The notes below the pieces were generated by a model. It worked only from the letters and a program-made list of their open reading frames with translations. It was not told the origin of the DNA and did no database searches. Of a DNA stretch of 64,000 nucleotides, positions 55,197-64,000 are shown one piece after another. Position 1 is the stretch's first letter, and the number at the start of each line of letters is the position of its first letter. Origin of the DNA: an uncultured Verrucomicrobiae bacterium (GTDB taxonomy: Bacteria > Verrucomicrobiota > Verrucomicrobiia > Chthoniobacterales > JAFAMB01); contig CAVXLD010000003.1 in the NCBI GenBank assembly GCA_963762565.1, forward strand, positions 224,001 to 288,000. Direction: 5' to 3'. The position numbers and the translations under genes are program-made.

Positions 55197-56039
55197 ATGC
55201 GAATTGTTAGAGAGCCTCTTAAGATACAAAAGCTTGTCTCCAAACTCCCCCGGCCCGTGGTTTTTGTCCCAACGATGGGCGCTCTGCATGAGGGGCATCT
55301 CGCGCTGGTCCGGCGGGCGCGAAAGCTTGCCGGAACCAAAGGCAGGGTGGTCGCTAGCGTCTTTGTTAACCCGACCCAGTTTGGGCCTAACGAGGACTTG
55401 GCGCGGTATCCGCGGCCATTTGCAAGGGACGGCTCCCTGCTCCGAAGAGAAGGCTGTGACATCCTTTTCGCTCCGGTAACGGCGGACATGTACTATCCTG
55501 ATCGTTCGATTACCTTGATAGAGACGAAACTTTCTCAGGTCATGTGCGGCGCCTCGCGACCCGGGCACTTCGATGGGGTGTGTTTGGTGGTTAGCAAGCT
55601 GTTTAATCTCGTCCGGCCCGATATTGCCGTCTTTGGAGAAAAAGACTTTCAGCAATTGGCGATCCTACGGCGAATGGTTCGGGACCTTAATTTTCCTGTG
55701 GTGCTTGAAGCGTATCCGACGGTCCGGGAACCGGATGGTCTCGCCATGAGTTCCAGGAACAGCTATCTGACGAAGGAAGAGCGGAGCCAAGCACCGATCA
55801 TTCAGCAAACCTTTTTCCTGGCTGAACAAAAGGTCCGCGAGGGGATGGTCTCCTCCGCTAAGCTTGTGAACTGGATGAAACAGAAGATCCAAAGCGCGCC
55901 GCTAGCAAAGATCGATTACGTCACCGTCGTTGATCCAACCAGTCTGGAGCCGTTGGCGCGGCTGAAACCGCCTTTGCTCTTGGCCGCCGCGGTTTTCTTC
56001 GGAAAGACCAGGCTCATTGATAACCGATTAATCCAATGA
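55197..56039 (+). CDS. panC: Pantoate--beta-alanine ligase
   Basis: 'VPTMGALHEGH', 'FVNPTQF', 'RPGHFDGV', 'FGEKDFQQ', 'GLAMSSRN', 'RLIDN'. Confidence 0.97.
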   Translation: MRIVREPLKIQKLVSKLPRPVVFVPTMGALHEGHLALVRRARKLAGTKGRVVASVFVNPTQFGPNEDLARYPRPFARDGSLLRREGCDILFAPVTADMYYPDRSITLIETKLSQVMCGASRPGHFDGVCLVVSKLFNLVRPDIAVFGEKDFQQLAILRRMVRDLNFPVVLEAYPTVREPDGLAMSSRNSYLTKEERSQAPIIQQTFFLAEQKVREGMVSSAKLVNWMKQKIQSAPLAKIDYVTVVDPTSLEPLARLKPPLLLAAAVFFGKTRLIDNRLIQ

Positions 56040-57634
56040 AGCAGTTTGACTTTGTAATCGTGGGGAGCGGAATCGCCGGTCTCTCACTGGCGCTTAGGCT
56101 ATCGAAGTTCGGAACGGTGGCAATGGTGACGAAGCGAAATCTGCCCGACTCCAACACGGCTTGGGCCCAAGGCGGTGTCGCTGCCGTCACCAGTGCAGAA
56201 GATTCGTTCGATCTGCATATCAAAGATACTTTGGTGGCCGGAGCCGGCTTGTGCCATCAGGATGCGGTCACGACCATTGTGACTGAAGGTCCGTCCGCCA
56301 TCCACGATCTCATGGAGCTGGGCGTTCACTTTGATGAACGGGTATTAGAAGACGGACATCGCGAACTGGATCTCGGAAAAGAGGGTGGCCACTCAAAGCG
56401 CCGGGTATTGCATTATCACGACACCACCGGACGCGAAATTGAGCAACGGCTGGTGGCGGCCGCGGAAGCGACGTCGGAAGTCGTGGTGCTGCAGAACCAC
56501 ATGGCGATCGACCTGATCACCACAGGTAAACTCGGTTATACCACTGAAGACCGGGTAGTGGGTATCTACGTGCTCGACGAAAATACCGGGGAAGTCTCCC
56601 CGCTGCGGACCGATCGATTAATTTTGGCGACCGGGGGTTGCGGTAAAGTCTATCTCTATACCACGAACCCGAACGTAGCGACCGGGGACGGGGTAGCGAT
56701 GGCTTGGCGAGCCGGAGCCGCGATCGCCAATATGGAGTTCATCCAGTTTCATCCCACGTGTCTTTATCATCCGGAGGCGCGCTCTTTTCTTATCACCGAA
56801 GCGGTTCGGGGCGAGGGCGGCAAACTGATCGATGCCAGCGGCCGCGAGTTCATGAAGAAATACGATAGCCGGGGGGCGCTGGCTCCGCGCGATATCGTCG
56901 CGCGCGCGATCGACGCGGAGATGAAACGGTCGGGAGCGCCTTGTATGTTCCTGGATATCACGCACAAGCCGGCTGACTTCATCAAGGACCGTTTCCCCAA
57001 CATTTTCGAGACCTGTTTTGGTTTTGGAATCGATATCACCAAGCAGCCGATACCGATTGTCCCGGCCGCGCACTATCAATGCGGCGGCATCAAAGCAGAC
57101 TTGGATGGCGCCACCACCTTGCGCGGGCTATTCGCCATCGGAGAAGTTGCCAGCACGGGCTTACATGGAGCAAACCGATTGGCGAGCAACTCGCTCTTAG
57201 AAGCGGTCGTGCTGGCGAAACGCTGCTCGGTAGCGCTGTTGCGGCCGAAATACGCTAAATATCATCAAGAAATTCATTTGCCGCCGTGGCGGCCCGGTCA
57301 CGCTCAAGACGTGGACGAATTGGTGGTCATCTATCACAACTGGGACGAGGTTCGCCGGCTGATGTGGGACTACGTGGGGATCGTGAGAACGAGTAAGCGG
57401 CTTCAGCGAGCCAGCACCCGGTTGCGCAATCTGCAGCGAGAGATCCAAGAATTTTACTGGGATTTTAAGCCCACGACCGATCTTCTGGAGCTACGTAACC
57501 TGTGTACAGTGGCGAGTCTGATCGTCGATTCCGCTCTGTCGCGCAGAGAAAGCCGGGGACTCCATTTCACTTTGGACTATCCGGCGCTCGACGACACCAA
57601 TTATCTTCGGGACACGATTTTATTTCGCTACTAA
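56036..57634 (+). CDS. nadB: L-aspartate oxidase
   Basis: 'GSGIAG', 'WAQGG', 'EGGHS.RR', 'QFHPT', 'GLHGANRLASNSLLE', 'ESRGLH'. Confidence 0.96.
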   Translation: MKQFDFVIVGSGIAGLSLALRLSKFGTVAMVTKRNLPDSNTAWAQGGVAAVTSAEDSFDLHIKDTLVAGAGLCHQDAVTTIVTEGPSAIHDLMELGVHFDERVLEDGHRELDLGKEGGHSKRRVLHYHDTTGREIEQRLVAAAEATSEVVVLQNHMAIDLITTGKLGYTTEDRVVGIYVLDENTGEVSPLRTDRLILATGGCGKVYLYTTNPNVATGDGVAMAWRAGAAIANMEFIQFHPTCLYHPEARSFLITEAVRGEGGKLIDASGREFMKKYDSRGALAPRDIVARAIDAEMKRSGAPCMFLDITHKPADFIKDRFPNIFETCFGFGIDITKQPIPIVPAAHYQCGGIKADLDGATTLRGLFAIGEVASTGLHGANRLASNSLLEAVVLAKRCSVALLRPKYAKYHQEIHLPPWRPGHAQDVDELVVIYHNWDEVRRLMWDYVGIVRTSKRLQRASTRLRNLQREIQEFYWDFKPTTDLLELRNLCTVASLIVDSALSRRESRGLHFTLDYPALDDTNYLRDTILFRY

Positions 57635-57682
57635 GCCTGAATTGCTTTGGCCGGCGTTCGCCCGACCAAAGCAATTCAGGCT
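57634..57682 (+). terminator. Strong hairpin right after nadB
   Basis: agcctgaattgctttgg ... ccaaagcaattcaggct, 17-bp perfect stem. Confidence 0.55.
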
Positions 57683-57812
57683 ATGGCCGCAGAGCTGTCC
57701 GGCTGCGTTGACAGCCCTGCGGCTTGGGAAGCGGCTTCCCAGGGGTCTGGGCGTGGACGTTCACGGAAATTCGGCCATTAAATTGACACGCCAGCGTCAT
57801 TCTATGGCCCAA

Positions 57813-57861
57813 AGCGCGGAGGCGGAAAAATCCTCAGACGGGATTTTTCCGCCTCCGCGCT
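57813..57861. other. 21-bp perfect hairpin in the intergenic region
   Basis: agcgcggaggcggaaaaatcc-tcagacg-ggatttttccgcctccgcgct. Confidence 0.6.
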
Positions 57862-58003
57862 ATTGAAATTGTCTAAAAAAAGCTAATAGTAGGCCCCAAT
57901 CCCGGCTGGATCTGTCCGAAAACCGGCCGTTTTACCTCAACGAATGCAGATTTCACTTGCTCTTTTGCCCCGAGTGCCCGTAAAAAGGACAAAACCGTTT
58001 CCC

Positions 58004-58903
58004 ATGCTGGCGAAATTTCTCTCAGCGCTGGTCTTACTTTCTGTTGGTGGCAATGCAATCGCTCAATCGCAGTATGAAAGTAGTACAGACTTCGCAAAGT
58101 ACGCGATGAAGCTGCGAGAGAACGCGCTCCTGAAGGTGGAGCCCAAGGTGATTATGTCACCCACCAAGACCGTATTTCAGGGCGACGGACCGCGCTACGA
58201 AACCGGTCCTTCTCTGATGGGGCGAAACAATGCTGTGTTTAGCGGTCCTGGCCGTTACGGATGGAAAGGGAATATCGTGACCACGATTTTCTGGATTGGC
58301 GAGCGGCCATCCGGAAACAATCCCGTTCCAAATGATCGTAGTTCTTGGGACAAGTACTGGAGTTCGAGCTACGGCGGGTACGACAATCCTGACCCGGCTG
58401 GCCGTCGCAACTTTGTTCCAGTGAGTTTTGTTCCGCGGCAGAATCCGTTTTATTGTGCGCTGCCTTACAATGATATAGAAGGCGGCCGCACCAAGCCTGA
58501 AGCAGCTCAGGTGATTCCTTGGTTTAAACAAGCTTTTGTTAGAGACGGGCAAACCGTATTGAAAGGTCGCTGGATCGCCATTCGACACGGTGCGAGAGTA
58601 TGTTATTGCCAGTGGGAAGATTGCGGCCCGTTCCGCACGGATCATTGGCAATACGTCTTTGGGAATGAGCGTCCGCGGCCGAATTTGAACCAAGGCGCCG
58701 GGCTGGATGTTTCGCCAGCGGTTCGTGATTATCTTGGTCTCGGCAGCAAGGACCTCTGCGATTGGAAGTTTGTGGAATTTAGGGAAGTTCCGCAAGGGCC
58801 ATGGGCGATGTACGGTGATAATAACACGTTTGTCATTCTTCGCCGTCAGAGCAACGAGCGTTTCGCGCGCCGGACCTTGCTGGGTGGTAGCACCAACGAG
58901 TAA
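58004..58903 (+). CDS. Secreted hypothetical protein with a DPBB/RlpA-like C-terminal motif set
   Basis: Signal peptide; 'NPFYCALPYND', 'QWEDCGPF', 'GLDVSPAVRDYLG'. Confidence 0.7.
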   Translation: MLAKFLSALVLLSVGGNAIAQSQYESSTDFAKYAMKLRENALLKVEPKVIMSPTKTVFQGDGPRYETGPSLMGRNNAVFSGPGRYGWKGNIVTTIFWIGERPSGNNPVPNDRSSWDKYWSSSYGGYDNPDPAGRRNFVPVSFVPRQNPFYCALPYNDIEGGRTKPEAAQVIPWFKQAFVRDGQTVLKGRWIAIRHGARVCYCQWEDCGPFRTDHWQYVFGNERPRPNLNQGAGLDVSPAVRDYLGLGSKDLCDWKFVEFREVPQGPWAMYGDNNTFVILRRQSNERFARRTLLGGSTNE

Positions 58904-58917
58904 GCCTCGACGCTTAC

Positions 58918-59235
58918 TGGTAGGGCGAGGCTCCAGAACGTCCAATGCCCTTTCGCGCAAGGCGACTGATTTGCCACGTCTGCAGATGTGTTACGCCCTG
59001 CGCCGCCGAGCCGTGGCGTGAACGTTTCCTGATTGTTTCGGGCTACCCGTATATCGGTCAACCTTAGTTAGTGGTTGTACCGGGAAGTTCTCTGGAACAC
59101 CATTTCTTCCCGCTGAAACAATCAGGAGGCGTTCCAGCTACGGCTCGGCGGCGTGCTGATCCTGTTTGCGAATCAGTCGGATGAGCACGCCGCCTTGCGA
59201 AAGGGCTTAGAACGTTCCGGAGCCTCGCCCTACCA
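58918..59235. repeat. MITE/REP family R1 element
   Basis: tggtagggcgaggctcc ... ggagcctcgccctacca with inner gccgccgagccg / cggctcggcggc arms. Confidence 0.8.
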
Positions 59236-59588
59236 AGTGAAGATTCGCTTTCGCGAGTTCTAGAAACCTGGACTCTTCCAGGCCGGGCTCACCATGTAGA
59301 CGTAAGAACTGCTCAAGACGCTCAATTGCCAGATGTCGAATATCGTCACTGGCGAGGCCGTCGTTTATTTTCTTGAGACGAGCGAGAGTTCTCGCTTCCG
59401 TATCCGCGGCGTCTCTGGCTTTCGCAATAGCGGATTGAAAATAGAGATCCGGAGTCTGGTAGGATTCCCAACCAATCTCCTCAATCACCGAAGTTAATTT
59501 TTGGTCGTCGCTGACCTTCAAAAGAGCCGTCGGCGAACATTCCCAATAAAAGCAAATCAACCAAAGCTTCTCTCTGTTTCTGGTTCAT
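59207..59588 (-). CDS. TerB-like helical protein (one frameshift near 59522)
   Basis: Joined: MNQKQREALVDLLLLGMFADGSL/KVSDDQKL...GEPGLEESRFLE; 'ADG' and 'EE.FL' resemble TerB. Confidence 0.55.
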
Positions 59589-59766
59589 AGTTTGAGTGGT
59601 CTGCGGCAATAACCGACCGACCACGCCCTGTCTTCATTTCCTCCTGCAAACGAACACCTTATCTAGCCAAAGGGGACGCCAGTTTTTATAGCGATTTTGA
59701 CGTCTCAGGCCCAGCTTTTTCCCCGCAGACGGCTGGTCAAAAACTGTGGTTTTTGTGAGAAAAAAG

Positions 59767-59791
59767 GGAATAAGACTGCCGCCGCGTGGTC
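59767..59791 (+). promoter_or_regulatory. Putative ECF promoter GGAATAA-N13-TGGTC
   Basis: Boxes and spacing identical to 4851-4875. Confidence 0.65.
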
Positions 59792-59881
59792 AGGAAGACG
59801 GATGGAACAGAACGCTCATCTTGCCAAGTGCACGGATTCGCAAACAAGTTGTTTACCCATGCTTAAAAGGCTGCCTGCTAG

Positions 59882-60646
59882 ATGAATTGTGAGTTAGCGA
59901 GTTTGTACCTAGATGCGTTTGTCGATGGGGAGCTTAAGGCCAGTGTTGAACGCGATTTGGAAGCGCATCTTCGCGACTGCTTGGCTTGCCAGGACGCAGT
60001 TTGGGAGATTCGAGAGTTTCGTTCACTTTTCAAGAGACACGCACCCCGCTTCAAAGCACCCCTGCAATTGCGGGCAAGAGTCCTGAGCATTACGCATCGT
60101 TACCGAGCGAAACCATCGTTTAGCCTGCTTCGGCACGCCTGGATTGGCGCGGCGGCAGTGCTGGTTCTCGGCGCGGGGGTGGGCTTCTTAGCCTTGGCCC
60201 CTGACCATGGTAAGGAGCTTTCGAAAGAAGCTGTGACCGACTATTCAGAATCAGTTTCGGCTGAGCCTTTGGTAGAGCTAGCTTCTGCAGATTTTAGCGT
60301 TTTAAAGCCCTGGTTTTCCAACCAGATCGGCTTTTCGCCACCGGCGATTGATCTGCGCGATCTTGGGTATGAATTGAAAGGAGGGCGAGTGGCCTGGCTC
60401 GATAAGCGAGCGGTGGTAGCTCTAGTTTACAAGCGGGGTGACGACGTATTGATGATTTACTGCTGGCCACCCAAACAAGCGCCGGTGAGCTACAGCCAAC
60501 GCTCCGTCGACGGGTATCGAGTCTACGTTTGGTGCAACACCCAATGCAACTATGTCTTAGTAGAGAGATCTAACGATCCCAAAATCAGCCAGTTTGTGGA
60601 TTCTTCTCAGGACCAGTCGGATCAGCCCGGTCCGGTGTCGTATTAG
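59882..60646 (+). CDS. Orphan zf-HC2 anti-sigma factor, paralog of 3567-4325
   Basis: 'AFVDGEL...HLRDCLAC', 'FKAPLQLRARVL', 'LKPWF', 'CWPP', 'CNYVLV' shared with the first copy. Confidence 0.88.
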   Translation: MNCELASLYLDAFVDGELKASVERDLEAHLRDCLACQDAVWEIREFRSLFKRHAPRFKAPLQLRARVLSITHRYRAKPSFSLLRHAWIGAAAVLVLGAGVGFLALAPDHGKELSKEAVTDYSESVSAEPLVELASADFSVLKPWFSNQIGFSPPAIDLRDLGYELKGGRVAWLDKRAVVALVYKRGDDVLMIYCWPPKQAPVSYSQRSVDGYRVYVWCNTQCNYVLVERSNDPKISQFVDSSQDQSDQPGPVSY

Positions 60647-60655
60647 CGGCGACAA

Positions 60656-60845
60656 CCGTGGAGCGCTGCCTCGCTTGCGAGGCCGATGGTGAGCAAGGGA
60701 AGACCGCGAAGCAGACCCCATTTTTGTCGTTGCTCTATCGGCGAGATCTGCCTCTCCGCACACTGAAGAGCGCGGGCAACCCATAGCCCTACTACACCGT
60801 CATCTTTGCTCACCGTCGGCCTCGCAAGCGAGGCACGCTCCACGG
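60656..60845. repeat. REP family R3 complete element (two inverted arms)
   Basis: ccgtggagcgctgcctcgcttgcgaggccgatggtgagcaa ... ttgctcaccgtcggcctcgcaagcgaggcacgctccacgg. Confidence 0.78.
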
Positions 60846-60887
60846 GTGCCGCCTCGTTTCGCGGCTTCAACCGCAGCGTCCCGCTTC

Positions 60888-62890
<2,003 letters not shown>

Positions 62891-63092
62891 AAAACACAAG
62901 TTAACGCCGGGGATTCTTTGCGCGCAAGGGGGAAGTTGGGGGGCCTCGAAATGATAGATGACAAATGACAGATGACAAATAGCCGGCGGAGCGCGGGTTC
63001 CAACGCCAGACCGCACCCCGGCGATTTGTCATTTGTTATCTGTCATTTGTCATTCCTTGAACTCCTCCCGGGTGGCACGAGATTGGTTAGGA

Positions 63093-64000
63093 ATGAACGA
63101 TGTACCGGTTCTCATCGTTGGAGGCGGCCCAGTGGGGTTATCGCTAGCCCTGGGGCTGGCGCGGCAGCAAGTAAGGAGCATCCTTTTCGAGTCGAAAACG
63201 CGGCTCGACCCTCACTCACGAGCGTTGGGTATCTTACCTCGCACGCTGGAAATCTTCCGAAATTGGGGAATCTACGATCAATTTGTCAAAGCGGGTGACC
63301 TATTGAGTCGGGTGGACGTATGGGTGGCTGGCAAGACCAAACCGTTTGCCGTAGTCGATCTAAGCATTTTCAAACAAATTACCTCAGCCGGAGGGGTCTT
63401 GATTCTTCCACAGAATCGAACCGAAGAGGTGCTCTTGGAAGCGGTAAAAGCATCGGGTCTGACGGAGGTCTTGTTTGGGCGCCAGGCCACCGGATTCGAG
63501 CAGGATCCCGATGGGGTGACTTTAAAAGTGACCGGACCCGGTGGCGTTTCCGAGACTCACCGCGGCCGATACCTGATCGGATGTGACGGTGCTCGCAGCA
63601 CCGTTCGGGAGGCCTTGGGGTGGGAGCTCGAAGGGAAAACGTACCCGGCGCGAATGTTGCTAGGGGACATTCGGCTTCAAGATGAACGGGACCAGCTGCC
63701 GTGGCCGTTGTTGGCCCCGGTCCAGCATGGAGGATTGGCGGGTCTTCGCTATCAACCCCAACATTGGCGGTTCATCTCTACCCTGGAGCCCGGGGAAACC
63801 GATGCAGCAGCGGTAGAGCCGGCTAGTATCGAACGACGTGTTCATCAACTATTCGGTCCGGGCCCTTTTGAACCCCTTTGGTCCAGCGTTTTTCATATCC
63901 ATTGCCGCACAAGCCGTCATTTTCGCCAGGAGCGAGTTCTTTTGGCCGGCGATGCTGCACATATCAACAGTCCGGCAGGTGGTCAGGGAATGAACAGCGG
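63093..64000 (+). CDS. FAD-dependent monooxygenase (FAD_binding_3), 3'-truncated; not in the ORF track
   Basis: MNDVPVLIVGGGPVGLSLA..., 'IGCDGARSTVR', 'LLAGDAAHINSPAGGQGMN'. Confidence 0.92.
   Translation, partial: MNDVPVLIVGGGPVGLSLALGLARQQVRSILFESKTRLDPHSRALGILPRTLEIFRNWGIYDQFVKAGDLLSRVDVWVAGKTKPFAVVDLSIFKQITSAGGVLILPQNRTEEVLLEAVKASGLTEVLFGRQATGFEQDPDGVTLKVTGPGGVSETHRGRYLIGCDGARSTVREALGWELEGKTYPARMLLGDIRLQDERDQLPWPLLAPVQHGGLAGLRYQPQHWRFISTLEPGETDAAAVEPASIERRVHQLFGPGPFEPLWSSVFHIHCRTSRHFRQERVLLAGDAAHINSPAGGQGMNS

Overview
Bacterial chromosomal window, probably from a soil Verrucomicrobiota (Chthoniobacterales-like) genome; the taxon is inferred from gene families and repeat style, not proven. 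The many single-base frameshifts and two garbled tracts (~25.75-26.9 kb, ~30.9-31.5 kb) suggest an error-prone long-read assembly. The left ~36 kb is an accessory metal/stress region. It holds a His-tailed DMT transporter, a czcC/B/A-like RND system split by an inverted ECF sigma/anti-sigma pair, and two HAF-repeat secreted paralogs flanking a Tat-ferritin-like gene. Next come a DUF2064-GT87-epimerase-GT2 glycosylation cluster, a TusA-radical SAM / PhnD-like / acyl-CoA dehydrogenase trio resembling M. tuberculosis Rv1679-Rv1681, and Crp/Fnr + CopA. It ends with a MerR-led mer-like operon that the ORF track missed, ChrA and a YncE-like propeller. The right ~28 kb is more core-like: amidase, patatin, aroQ, a CP-ATP-grasp/alpha-E/transglutaminase/DUF2126 cluster with prpE, gdh, treS-mak, panC, nadB, a TerB-like gene, an orphan anti-sigma, TPP riboswitch-thiC and a partial FAD monooxygenase. 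The best new observation is a fixed-spacing ECF promoter motif, G(G/A)AATAA-N13-Y(G/A)GTC, at six intergenic sites. It defines a candidate regulon that includes a possible sRNA. Several REP/MITE-like palindromic repeat families are present, some supplying gene ends. No CRISPR array, tRNA, rRNA or transposase was seen.
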